Shown here piece after piece: positions 50,766-63,591 of a DNA stretch of 64,000 bases. How positions within the stretch are numbered: the first letter of the stretch is position 1; each line of letters begins with the position of its first letter. The notes beneath the pieces were generated by a model. That model was not told where the DNA came from. It did not search any database and was given only the letters and a program-made list of their open reading frames with translations. Location of the stretch: the NCBI RefSeq assembly GCF_964355755.1, contig NC_092672.1:38322437-38386436 (forward strand), given 5' to 3'. Made by a program: the position numbers and the translations under genes. The DNA comes from Antedon mediterranea. Lineage: Eukaryota; Animalia; Echinodermata.

Positions 50766-53019
50766 CAGAAACATCATCTTTTAAAAAATAATTTGGAATA
50801 CTAACTAGACAAGCAAAGCGACAAAACTATTAAGAAATAAATAGGCATATTTATTTCCAATATTATATTATTACGTGGCTCCTGGTTTCTTTTGAACCTT
50901 GACCTGTGACCTGTGTTGGCGTTTCATAGGAAACAAATGTGGGAATTAAGTAGTTTATATTGCCTGTTATAATATAATAATTAATAGGACATATTATGAT
51001 GAAATAATGTGTGATGAAATAACAGTCTTCTATCACGATGTCATATTTCATCACCAACCTTCCTTAATGTTATTGCTAAACTATCCCGCTAAAAGAAGCA
51101 TGCATAGGCCGTGCCAATGTTGATTTACAAAGAGACTAAATTGAAAGTGTTTTATTTTTACAGAGGAGTATTATTTTTTATGCAGAGGCATGATGGGCTT
51201 TCCATTAACAGTTTTGCGCTAATATGAATGTTGTTTATGTGATGTTGTGAGAGGAGGAGCAATCAAATGAGGCTGTTGATAAATGGTGGGTGACGATTGG
51301 TGGAATAAGGCTGATGAGACGTATGGTGGTACATACATTGTGCCGATGATAGAAAGATGGTTGATGAAAATGTCTGGTATATTTTGTAACGAATCAGATG
51401 GGATTTTGCCATAGATATAAGAAAGCCGACTTTATATTACTTTATTATCTTTATGGACTTTGCATGGTTGACGAGAATGGAGAATCTAGAAGGCCAGAGT
51501 GAGAGGTATTTGTTATACGAGAATCGTATGAGAATGGAAAGAAGTCGGATGAGACGTTAATTAGTATTAGGTTATGACAATAGAGAGAATGCAGACATTG
51601 TTGTTACAAATTCAACGACGACGACGGAGACGTTAATAATTATACAATGCAGTAGCCGATTAGCTTATAATTGGTAAGATCTTAATTAAAGGATCATAAT
51701 ATCAAAGAACTTATTAACAAACATATTTTGTTACCTAAATGTACAGAAACACCGACATAGTTAAAGGATAATTAATTACTGAATATATTTCATAAATGGT
51801 TCAATGTTTGTTGAGCAACAGACTGCCGTCATTTAGACGTGAGCAGAATTATATCTATAGTCAAAATTACTCTTATATAGGCTACAACCAATGTGGATGA
51901 TTATTATTATTGTTTATCAAAAAGGTGCTTTTTTTTCTTTTGTTTGTTTTCGGTATGTGCATGTACAAATGCTCAGGGTAATGCTAAGCTTCTTGCCAAG
52001 TGACGTGTTTCTACTGGGGTACGGTCAGAAAAGATGAGATTGGATATGTGGTGTGAGAAATTATTATAAATGGGTTAGTGCCTATGGTAGATTATTAACG
52101 TTATTTTTTAAATAAAAAAACACCACCTCACACCAGTGTTTAGTCTCTAGGTTCTAGACGGAGTTGTGACTTAATATTAGTAAAGAGATAAGTACAGACT
52201 TGGGGCAAGTATTAAAAGAATGCTTCAGTATGGTGTACCGATTGTGGTTGTAAACGTTTCTGATGTGAAAGTGAAATGTACTCGTTATGGTGTATACTAA
52301 GTACGTACTAAAAAAATCGTAAACAGGCGCGGTTCCTTATGATCTTTTTGAATATAAGTTCTAAGTTGTTGAAATGTGATAACTCCGAACCAACGTGATG
52401 ATACCACCTCCTGCTCCTTTGTTTGGTCACCTAGGTAGGGGTCCGGAACCGCGACAGAACGAGAACGGATGGGGACCCTCCAAAGAAATTGCATTTTATT
52501 TGTCAGGCATTTGTATGATTTGTTTTTATTTTTTGAATGCGCCTTGAGCATGTGCGCTATAAAAATCCTGTTATTATTATATTATTATTATTATAGCCCA
52601 CTACAACTTACGCCAGGTATAAAATAAGCACAGGGGTACTGTGATGGATCAATTAAGAAATATTCATCAATATCAGTTTAACAATAATCGATTTTAACTT
52701 TATACTGTAATTTCTCTGTAAATACATTCTAGTCTTGCCAGTGTATGTTAGACGTCAAACCAGACGTCGTTCTGTATTATGTGCAATATATATGTTTAAG
52801 GCTGAGCAACAAAATATGACTAATTATGTAAAATATATCCGTTGATTTATATTTATTGAGTATTCTTCACACCCAAGTTAAGTTCACTAAATACTGTATA
52901 TAATATATTATATAAAAATTAGCCAATCTCAGCACTTTTGGCTCTATATTTTATATAGTATGGCAAAATGGTGACCCTTTTATTAAAAAAAATCACCCCA
53001 AAAATGGTCATTAGAACAG

Positions 53020-56000
53020 GGATTTTGCGACCTTTTTCTTTTTATTGACATAAATGGTTTCTAAAAACCCGATATTTTGGGCATTTTTCGAAAAAATCCC
53101 TGTGCTATAGTTACTACAGGATTTTTTCAAAAAATAGCATTTTATTTTCCGAAATCAATGGTGTCTATGGCACTATAAGGTGATGATAACGCAATATATG
53201 TTCATGTTTATATAGCAATATTATCGCATAAAAATGGAAATTTTCTGGTTGCTATAGCACAATTAACATGCACAGAACCCATTAGTCGACTCTTCGCATG
53301 TTTATTATGCTATAGTAACCATTTATGTCAAAACTGGTTACTATAGCACAATTGACATGCGCAGAATTCATTATTCGTCTCTGCGCATGTTTATTATGCA
53401 ATAGTAACCATGTATGTCAAAACTGGTTACTATAGCACAATTGACATGCGCAGAATGCATTATTCGTCTCTGCGAATGTTTATTATGCAATAGTAACCAT
53501 TTATGTCAAAAAATAAAAGGGTCGAAAAATCGGCCATTTTTCGAAAATTTTCCTGTACAGGGATTTTTTCCAAAAAATTGCCAATTTTCGACCTTTTTAT
53601 TTTTTCATGAAACTGGTTACTATAGCACAATTAACATGCGCAGAACCCATTAGTCGACTCTGCGCATGTTTATTATGCTATAGTAACCATTTATGTCAAA
53701 ACTGGGTTACTATAGCACAATTGACATACGCAGAATTCATTATTCGTCTCTGCGCATGTTTATTATGCAATAGTAACCATTTATGTCAAAACTGGTTACT
53801 ATAGCACAATTGACATGCGTAGAATGCTTTATTCGTCTCTGTGCATGTTTATTATGCAATAGTAACCATGTATGTCAAAAAATAAAAGGGTCGAAAATCG
53901 GTCATTTTTCGAAAATTTCCCTATACTATAGCACAGGGATTTTTTTCCAAAAAATTGCCAATTTTCGACCTTTTTATTTTTCGATAAAACTGGTTACTAT
54001 AGCATAATTAACATGCGCAGAATCCATTATTCGTCTCTGTGCATGTTTATTATGCTATAGTAACCATTTATGTCAAAACTGGTTACTATATAATAAATAA
54101 ATAATAAATAATAAACTGGTTACTATAGCTCAATTGACATGGGCAGAATCCATTATTCGTCTCTGTTAAAACTGGTTACTATATAATAAATAAATAATAA
54201 ATAATAAACTGGTTACTATAGCTCAATTGACATGGGCAGAATCCATTATTCGTCTCTGCGCATGTTTATTATGCAATAGTACCCATTTATGTCAAAACTG
54301 GTTACTATAGCACAATTGACATGCGCAGAATCCATTATTCGTCTCTGCGCATGTTAATTGTGCAATAGTAACCATTTATGTCAAAAATAAAAGGGTCGAA
54401 AAACGGCAATTTTTCGAAAATTTCCCTGTACTATAGTACAGGGATTTTTTCCAAAAAATTGCCAATTTTCGACCTTTTTATTTTTGATAAAACTGGTTAC
54501 TATAGCACAATTAACATGCGCAGAACCCATTAGTCGACTCTGTGCATGTTAATTATGCTATAGTAACCATTTATGTCAAATATGGTTATGATAGCACAAT
54601 TGACATGCGCAGAACCCATTATTCGTCTCTGCGCATGTTTATTAGGCAATAGTAACCATTTATGTCAAAAAATAAAAGGGTCGAAAATCGGCAATTTTTC
54701 AAAAATTTCCCTGTACAGTACAGGGATTTTTTTCCAAAAAATTGCAAATTTTCTGGTTACTATAGCACAATTAACATGCGCAGAACCCATTAGTCGACTC
54801 TTCGCATGTTTATTATGCAATAGTAACCATGTATGTCAAAACTGGTTACTATAGCACAATTGACATGCGCAGAATGCATTATTCGTCTCTGCGAATGTTT
54901 ATTATGCAATAGTAACCATTTATGTCAAAAAATAAAAGGGTCGAAAATCAGCCATTTTTCGAAAATTTTCCTGTACTATAGTACAGGGATTTTTTCCAAA
55001 AAAATTTTAAATTTTCGACCTTTTTATTTTTTCATGAAACTGGTTACTATAGCACAATTAACATGCGCAGAACCCATTAGTCGACTCTGCGCATGTTTAT
55101 TATGCTATAGTAACCATTTATGTCAAAACTGGGTTACTATAGCACAATTGACATGCGCAGAATTGATTATTCGTCTCTGCGCATGTTTATTATGCAATAG
55201 TAACCATTTATGTCAAAACTGGTTACTATAGCACAATTGACGTGCGCAGAACCCATTATTCGTCTCTGCGCATGTTTATTATGCAATAGTAACCATTTAT
55301 GTCAAAAAATAAAAGGGTCGAAAATCGGCCATTTTTCGAAAATTTCCCTGTACTATAGTACAGGGATTTTTTCCAAAAAAATTTCAAATTTTCGACCTTT
55401 TTATTTTTCGATAAAACTGGTTACTATAGCACAATTAACATGCGCAGAACCCATTAGTCGACTCTGCGCATGTTTATTATGCTATAGTAACCATTTATGT
55501 CAAATATGGTTATGATAGCACAATTGACATGCGCAGAACCCATTATTCGTCTCTGCGCATGTTTATTATGCAATAGTAACCATTTATGTCAAAACTGGTT
55601 ACTATAGCACAATTGACATGCGCAGAATCCATTATTCGTCTCTGCGCATGTTTATTATGCAATAGTAACCATTTATGTCAAAAAATAAAAGGGTCCTAAA
55701 TCGGCCATTTTTGGAAAATTTTTCCACATAACAGGTTTCGATAGCACTTATGATGATAACGCAATATATGTTCATATATAGCAATATTATCGTATGGTAT
55801 TTTAAAAACCCGATATTTTGGCCTTTTTTTCGAATAAATCCTTATACTATAATACAGGATTTTTTTTCGAAAAATTGGCATTTTTTTACCCTTTCATTTT
55901 TCGACAAAGCTGGTTTCTATGGCAATATAAGATAATAACGCAATATATGTTCATATATAGCAATCGCATACAAATGGAATTTTAAAAACCCGATATTTTT

Positions 56001-56020
56001 GCTATTTTTCGACCTTTTAT
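53020..56020. repeat. Higher-order satellite of alternating palindromic units (89-bp A units, ~100-bp B units)
   Basis: A units start at 53245, 53334 and 53423 (period 89); a B unit centred on CTGTACTATAGTACAG follows every 2-3 A units; related diverged sequence at both ends. Confidence 0.95.
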
Positions 56021-56716
56021 ATACAAAATTACAATGTTAACGTGATTCTTTTTAAATAATGAATATTATTTATTATTTTAAATTATTATTCAATTTAAAA
56101 TGAATATGCAAACTTTAAACCTGACAATCAATATATTGCTTTTATTTCATTAAATTGATTGAACCAACTTTTTAAGAAATGTAGGGTAAATTAATGTTGG
56201 TGTATCATAGGCATATTCCTAAACACATTGTCACATGGGACCTGGTTTGTTTAAACATATATTATTTGTTTTAGTACTGTAGCAAATATGTCTAAAGTAC
56301 TGTTTAAAATAAACTATTATATAATTAGTTTCTTTTTCAAATTTTGGTGGACTAAGTTAATTAGTAGCTAATTTTATAACAATGGTCATATGGACAGCTT
56401 AACAGTATCATATCCTTAAAATTACTACATTTGTACAATTATTTATAATCATAGCTAAATGCATTCATGTTTATACCAATTTACACGAATCCATAATGTT
56501 AACCAAAATGGTTTATATATTTTGTAGTTCTTATTCTATTCTGAGGTACTCTTGATAGATATTTTGTAGTTCTTATTCTATTCTGAGGTACTCTTGATAG
56601 ATATGTTGTATCTCTGGCTGTTTGTATGGAGACAAGACATAAGTGAGTTCACACAATAAAATACTGCTTAGTTCAGAAAGCAATACAAGATTGATGAAAA
56701 CAATTCAGTTTCAACT

Positions 56717-57174
56717 TGACGTTGTACAGTAGGCCTTATCTGACGTTGTACAGTAGGCCTTATCTGACGTAGTAAAGTAGGCCTTACCTTACGTTGTACA
56801 GTAGGCCTTACCTTACGTTGTACAGTAGGCCTTACCTTACGTTGTACAGTAGGCCTTACCTTACGTTGTACAGTAGGCCTTACCTTACGTTGTACAGTAG
56901 GCCTTACCTTACGTTGTACAGTAGGCCTTACCTTACGTTGTACAGTAGGCCTTATCTGACGTTGTACAGTAGGCCTTATCTGACGTAGTAAAGTAGGCCT
57001 TACCTTACGTTGTACAGTAGGCCTTACCTTACGTTGTACAGTAGGCCTTACCTTACGTTGTACAGTAGGCCTTACCTTACGTTGTACAGTAGGCCTTATC
57101 TGACGTTGTACAGTAGGCCTTACCTTACGTTGTACAGTAGGCCTTACCTTACGTTGTACAGTAGGCCTTACCTT
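56717..57174. repeat. 24-bp minisatellite (CCTTACGTTGTACAGTAGGCCTTA), about 19 copies
   Basis: Direct tandem repeat just downstream of the minus-strand gene's stop codon. Confidence 0.97.
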
Positions 57175-57245
57175 GCTCCCAAATACCACTGCCATTAAAC
57201 ATTATAGTACTCAGAAATGCAAATTATCAATTATCTTCATGGTCT

Positions 57246-57308
57246 TCATGGTAATTTTCCGTAGCTATGAGAATGTTTAGGAACACTGTGATGCTTTTTC
57301 AACAAATC
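57246..57308 (-). CDS. Coiled-coil protein, probable terminal exon
   Basis: tattttctaaag acceptor, phase 0; DLLKKHHSVPKHSHSYGKLP-stop. Confidence 0.6.
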   Translation of the reverse strand, partial: DLLKKHHSVPKHSHSYGKLP

Positions 57309-57657
57309 CTTTAGAAAATAAAAACAAAACAAAAAAATTGTATTTATTTATTTATTCAGATTTTGTTTAGTTTATTTGTAGTGATTTTATGTAGCCTACA
57401 GAAATGCTGTAATTGTACCTATTAACCTATTAATAATATTGTTTGTAGGCACTTTCAGCATATATTTATGTTTGTTAATGAAGGAAAAATGTTTTTTGAT
57501 TGATTGATTGATTGAAAGTACTGAATTATAAAGTGCACTATTGTACAATTTCTCAATACTGTAGAACCACCATTAAAGGGACACCCTCGCTCGACGGGGA
57601 CAAAGAAAATGTGCAAATAGTAGGGGTATCTGAATGGATCCCTCCTTAACAGAAAAG

Positions 57658-58098
57658 TGTTAGAAGTGTACCCAGAATGAGGGCTTTTACTGTATTCTGT
57701 TAGAAGTGTACCCAGCATGAGGGCTTTTACTGTATTCTGTTAGAAGTGTACCAAGCATGAGGGCTTTTACTGTATTCTGTTAGAAGTGTACCCAGCATGA
57801 GGGCTTTTACTGTATTCTGTTAGAAGTGTACCCAGCATGAGGGCTTTTACTGTATTCTGTTAGAAGTGTACCCAGCATGAGGGCTTTTACTGTATTCTGT
57901 TAGGTACCCAGCATGAGGGCTTTTACTGTATTCTGTTAGAAGTGTACCCAGCATGAGGGCTTTTACTGTATTCTGTTAGAAGTGTACCCAGCATGAGGGC
58001 TTTTACTGTATTCTGTTAGAAGTGTACCCAGCATGAGGGCTTTTACTGTATTCTGTTAGAAGTGTACCCAGCATGAGGGCGTTTACTGTATTCTGTTT
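57658..58098. repeat. 40-bp minisatellite, about 11 copies
   Basis: TAGAAGTGTACCCAGCATGAGGGCTTTTACTGTATTCTGT tandem unit. Confidence 0.97.
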
Positions 58099-58312
58099 GT
58101 CAGGGATGGTTTAATATGACATACTTACTCCCTCTGCTGACTGGAGTAAAACTAACTTACTCCCTCTGCTGACTGGAGTAAAACTAACAGGTATATGGTG
58201 TATTCATAGTTTTGTTAACCATTCACTACAGTGTTAATATTTCACACCATGGGGTAACTTGGAACAGCCAAAACTGACCAATCAGATGTCAGAATGTCTT
58301 TCTATGACTTTT

Positions 58313-58460
58313 CTTCTCGGATAAGAACTATAAACCGTAGGTCCAGTGTACACAACTGTGCACTTTAAAGAACCTAGTACATCTTCCGAGATGAGTAGAG
58401 GGTTACCCCGGTGTATCACCCTCTGAGAGACCAGTCTTTGACTGAAGAGGTCGCCCAGTA
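58313..58460 (+). mobile_element. Deu/Nin SINE fragment
   Basis: Reverse-complement match to about 24360-24557. Confidence 0.8.
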
Positions 58461-58543
58461 TAAATATAAAACAAACAAATATGACAAGACACTGACCAAC
58501 AGAATACATATTGAATACAAGATACAGATATGTATTAGGTTAC

Positions 58544-58585
58544 CTTTTGTCGTAGTTCATTCCTCTGTTGTTCCTTGTCTTCCAG
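58544..58585 (-). CDS. Coiled-coil protein exon
   Basis: ttttctgacag acceptor and AAG|GTAACC donor; LEDKEQQRNELRQK. Confidence 0.75.
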
Positions 58586-58869
58586 CTGTCAGAAAAACAA
58601 TCAGTAAATAATTTAAAGTATTTTTTTAATAGTTTTAATACATTTTTTCTGAAATTAATATTAAAAACTGAAACAAATATATTTCTAGGTTTGTTTTGGT
58701 ATTTGGTCTAACTAAGGTGTTAACATTTTAAGTAAAAGATATGATGTATTAAGTATATATTTAGCATCTCTGCAAACTCATAATTTAATTAAAAATCAAA
58801 TTGGATGAATATTTTCAGACACTGTCCACAATAGTCAGGGGTAATATCATGATATTTCCTTTATCTCAC

Positions 58870-59028
58870 CTTTGATACTGTTTCTAATTCATCAACCAAC
58901 AAGTGACTAGAGTTCAAATCGCGTTTCAATGTTACATTCTCATGACGTAGAAGCTTTATTTTTTCTTGTAAATGTCTTAGTAACTTGACAGTGTTGGCGT
59001 CTTGTGGCGATGGACTAGCACTCCTGTC
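58870..59028 (-). CDS. Coiled-coil protein exon
   Basis: DRSASPSPQDANTVKLLRHLQEKIKLLRHENVTLKRDLNSSHLLVDELETVSK; AG/GTGAG bounded, phase 0/0. Confidence 0.85.
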
Positions 59029-59309
59029 CTGTAAGAAACAAGAATAGGCAATACATTTTAGATGTATGTTGCACTCAGTAAAACTACAGTTGAACACCTT
59101 TTTTATTTTTTTATTTTTTTTTCAATTTAATTTATTCAATTTATGATCAATCAATCAATATTAAGAACTAAAGTGCTTCACCAATCTTATATCAAAGATA
59201 GTGTGATATAATAACTCTCACTTTTTTTCGTGAAAAGTACAAGACTGCACATGGCATAATTATTTATTTCTAGGTAAATGAATAAATTAATTAAATGAAA
59301 GAATCTTAC

Positions 59310-59358
59310 AGAGTTTGCTGATCTTCTAAGTGGTGTGTGATGTGAATCTTGCATCCTC
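59310..59358 (-). CDS. Coiled-coil protein small exon
   Basis: Phase 2 in, phase 0 out; (V)RMQDSHHTPLRRSANS; GTAAGA donor. Confidence 0.75.
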
Positions 59359-59822
59359 CTAAAAAAAGAAAAAAATAGATGATGACCCTATTATGGATAC
59401 CGATTGAGAAGATTTGATTGAGGCTATTGAGGGAGGACACAACAATTCCCAAAAGCCCCACATCGTATTCTCAAAGCCAATTTTCCACTGCGCATGCGTA
59501 TAAGCTGACGCTTTTGATTCGCGCAAACAAATTCGCCTAGTGGCAAATCGGCTTTAGAATGCATTTTCCAATAATATCTCTTTTATACATTTCTAGGTAT
59601 ACAACAACTGATCACATTATATAGGAATTTATATTGCTAAATATAATTGTTTGCAGTTTTATAAATAAATACTTTTTCAATTTTGAGTTAGTGACCGACC
59701 GACCGACATAGTGAGCTATAGTTACGTTGCACGTGACTAAAAATTGATAACCAAATGCTAAAATACCAATGTTTTATCCACATAAAACTTTTCATTAATT
59801 AGTACTAATATCAAAAACTTAC

Positions 59823-60019
59823 ACCTGTAATTCTTTGTTAAGTTCTTCCTCAAACTTCTTTGCCATTTTGAGAGCTGTTTCCTCCTTCCATAGTGTCATT
59901 CCTTTTTGTACTTGTATCATCTCTTTGTCTTTTTCAACTAGTCTTCCTTGTAATGCTGATTCAGTAGCTTTTAGTTTGGCCACAGTCTGCTGTAAGGATT
60001 CTATCTCATCTGTATGATC
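59823..60019 (-). CDS. Coiled-coil protein exon
   Basis: DHTDEIESLQQTVAKLKATESALQGRLVEKDKEMIQVQKGMTLWKEETALKMAKKFEEELNKELQ; GTAAGT donor in phase 2, as the next exon requires. Confidence 0.85.
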
Positions 60020-60487
60020 CTAAAAAACAACAGGTTTTAAAAATCAAGTTGAATATAAATTGACATTTTTATCTCTTATAAGGAAATCAAATTTGGATCC
60101 ACTTTTAATATTATATTATTTATTTAGTATTATTATCTACCACTTTACAAATAGCAACTCTTAGTAAGCTGTCTAAAAAATAACTAATAATATGTCAGAA
60201 GAACATTGAATCTTTTATTTTGAAAGTTTATTTAGGGAATTAAATGGAGATCAAATTTATTACATAATACCACTAAAATAAAAAATAAATAAACACCATA
60301 TCTAGTCTGTCTTTCATCGCTTGTAAACTTGAAGAACTTTCTAAAGATCTGTTTTTCTTCTCCTTTTCCTAATAAAATTGAAGTCAAAAAAGAAGTGAAA
60401 AACAAAACGTAATAAATAACAAATATACACAAATACTCTACTGAATGCAAGTCTTACAATTTGAAACTAAAAACAATTAATACATAC

Positions 60488-60683
60488 CCGTACTTTACTT
60501 GCTTTTAAGTTGATGCGCTTTTGTTTATCCAAACTTTGTTTTAATTCTTGCAGCTTGTTGCGCAAGTCTTCGTTGCATCCTTTTATGTTACCAAGGGCAG
60601 ACATCAACTGGACTTTGCTGGAGATTTCTGTGTCTGACCCACTGGATGATGTTTTGCCATTGGTCATTGCTCCCTTATGTGCG
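60488..60683 (-). CDS. Coiled-coil protein exon
   Basis: AHKGAMTNGKTSSSGSDTEISSKVQLMSALGNIKGCNEDLRNKLQELKQSLDKQKRINLKASKVR; GTATGT donor. Confidence 0.82.
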
Positions 60684-60774
60684 CTAAAAAATGATTAAAA
60701 ATCGGCTAATTATTAGATTTTCTTTTACAGTTGATATGGTGAGTTAAATCGACCACTTTCAATGAACAGCTTAC

Positions 60775-60992
60775 CCTATTAAGACTTTCTTGGATGATAC
60801 ACCCAGTGCTTGGCTAGTTTTCTTACATTCTTCATTCATTTCCATAACTAGTGACCTGCTAGTTCTCTCATAATCCCTCAATACTTCTCTTTCACGTTCT
60901 TTGTTCTTTTGTATTTCTGATTTTAATATTTTTATTTCTTCATCTTTTGCTCTTTCAGATTCTTTCAACTTTTGTAGTTCTTTTGTCTTTTC
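60775..60992 (-). CDS. Coiled-coil protein exon
   Basis: tttttcag acceptor; EKTKELQKLKESERAKDEEIK...MEMNEECKKTSQALGVSSKKVLI; GG|GTAAGC donor. Confidence 0.87.
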
Positions 60993-61182
60993 CTGAAAAA
61001 AAAATGTATTGTACATCAGATTAATGGAAATATTAGACAGTTGCAATGTGGAAGTCAGAAGTGTGTAGGTTTGCAGTAGGTCTGCTGCTATACAATAACA
61101 CGCCAACTGAATTATAAATTGCAAGCAAAGATTTTTAAATATAAAAACGTTTAGTGATTGAAATGTGACAAAGCATCCTCAC

Positions 61183-61845
61183 TCTTAATCCTTCTGTACA
61201 TGTTTTTAATAAGTCCACACTTCTTTGCAGTTGAATTTGAGTTTTCAATAAGAGTTCACTTTGATCATAACAACTTGTTGTTGAAATGGAAGAGTCTAGC
61301 TTCTCCTGACTCAAATTTAATGTAACATCATGCTCATCATCTAAAACATTGAATGGAACATGCTCATCATCTAAGGCATTGAATGCAACATGCTTATCAT
61401 CTGAAGCATTGAATGGAACATGCTCATCATCTGAAGCATTGAATGGAACATGCTCATCATCTGAAGAATTAAATGGAATATGCTCATCATCTGAAGCAGT
61501 TCCATTTGTACAAAATGTGGAATTTTTGCTTTTATTATCATGGACACCCATTTCTCCGCTATTATCATCATTTTTTGTATATTCATCAACTTTTTCATTT
61601 ATAAAGTCTTGGCCATCTTGCAGACCATCGGTAGCATCTGATTGGCTACTTTCTGATTTTCTACTTTCTGATTTATCATTGGTATATGATTGTGATTGGT
61701 CAGTCTTTAGCGTATCCTTGAAATATGGTTGATTGTTTTCTTGATTCTCTTGCAGACCATTACAGTCTTCTGATTGGCTGTTCTTTAGCCCATTGCTGTC
61801 GTCTGAATTAGAGGCTATTTCTGAAACTGGTGATGCCGACTCCAT
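61183..61845 (-). CDS. Candidate alternative acidic, low-complexity coding exon of the coiled-coil gene
   Basis: 236-codon ORF rich in D/E/S/N with (ASDDEHVPFN)n repeats; AGA|GTGAGG phase-0 donor at 61183 is compatible with the acceptor at 60992. Confidence 0.6.
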
Positions 61846-63459
61846 TCTAATATTCCCAATAATATGAAACCATAAACAATATTTGTATGTTTATAATATA
61901 CAACACATTCTAAATAGTATAGGAAAACAGAGAGAGTAACACAGCTCATTCTAAGTTTACAGGTAAGAATTATGAGAAGTTATATATATGCAAAGTCTGG
62001 GAAACCAAGATATACAAGAAATATGCTTTATTTTCTATTAAATGGCAGTCACTAGAATTGAACAAGCACTCTGGGCTTAGGAGGTGACATGTGGCCACCA
62101 AATGTGTAACACCACTAGATAATTAGTAATGTACTTATATCAAGTACATTTATCATCATAAGTTAATAAATTATTATGCTATGAGACTATTATTAATGTA
62201 AACTTAACTATCATTAAGTAGAAGGCCCTAGCAGGCGCTAACGCCACACTAATATTCATGTCTCTTATAAAGAATTCAAGCAAATAAGTAATGAAATACA
62301 ATTACTTGTATAATCCCAAGGACAGGCACCACTTACCAGTGAATGTAATCAGCATAAAAGTACTTAGCATTTGGTAATCATGCACAAAGATGTTGTTGAA
62401 CAATATATTAATTACATTTTAATGGATCATTACAAATTTATAAGTACACAAACTTATATAGCTTCGTTTGACTTAACTACCCTTTTACTCTTCCAAAACA
62501 ACCAGAGTAATTTTTGAAATTAAATTCAACTTAAATATTCTAGAGCTCTGACGAAGGCATTATTTAGAACTATATTAGAAAAAACAATTAAATCTCTATT
62601 CTAACTAAAAAACTGACTTAAAAAATTCAAACCAAAATGGAATGAAGTTGAATACAAGCACAAACTTAAACTCCACTCATCCTGAATAATATCAAAGAGT
62701 CTTTACAGTCCATCAGTTGTACTTTACAAACCAAACAACTCAACGAACATTGAGCAGCATTGGGTCAAACCTCAAATCTAAGGTCAACATCTTAAAACAG
62801 CAGAGAATACAAATCATTTTGAGTCTCCTATCTGTGTGTGTTTACATTCAACAATGATAGGCAATGAATTGAGCCCTCACATTTCTTCACAATGTGTTCA
62901 CAAACAGACATGTGTGTTTAGTGCATTTACCCATGACACGAACAGACCACTGTTACTATGGTATGTTTACACAACAAACTATCTTTATAAAGGTGAAAAG
63001 TTATTCACTCACGTGCAATTTGTATTTTGATCAATTACATTTTACAGAAAACTAGATATTTTTGAGATGTAGATTTCATTGGAGAGCTGATATAAGTAAT
63101 AGTTAAATAGTTAGTTAAATTGAAGAACCTCATGAATTATATACAGCATTTTCTGTGCTAGGATTTGAAAAAACAATGATCTTGTTCTCAGAAAGCAATG
63201 ATTGTGATTTTTGTATATAAGTTCACACTTTTGGAAAAAAAAGTGTTTTAATGTGCTTTCTGGCTAAGCTACATTCACATTTCATCGGAGCTGTTTTTTC
63301 AATTATTTAACAACAGGGCACCATCTTCCTTCCGTGAAACAAAGTGTGAATGCACCTTTATGCATGATTATTTCTTGATTTAAATAGAATGTTTTGTGCA
63401 CAATAGTAAAATAAATGATAAAATTAAACATATTGATGATGACAACAATGATCTTTTAC

Positions 63460-63591
63460 CTGATTAAACTCCTGCCTCATCTCTTCTAGATCAGTTTGTC
63501 TTTCTTGACGGGCTTCTTCTCTGATCTTTGACACTGCCTCTACTTTTTGCCGATGCATTGTCAGGTTTTCTTGACGCAGACTGTCCAATTC
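63460..63591 (-). CDS. Coiled-coil protein exon
   Basis: ELDSLRQENLTMHRQKVEAVSKIREEARQERQTDLEEMRQEFNQ; AAG acceptor and CAG|GTAAAA donor, phase 0/0. Confidence 0.87.

Noticed and set aside
46473-52211. Shared sequence at 46473-46630 and 52140-52211 flanking the GPCR as LTRs or retrocopy boundaries
   Set aside because: Short, gapped similarity with no LTR termini or TSD; better explained as two copies of a dispersed repeat.
53414-55515. Cys-rich repetitive ORFs (LCACLLCNSNHLCQ) resembling zinc fingers
   Set aside because: Translations of the 89-bp palindromic satellite; the unit length is not a multiple of 3 and frames shift between units.
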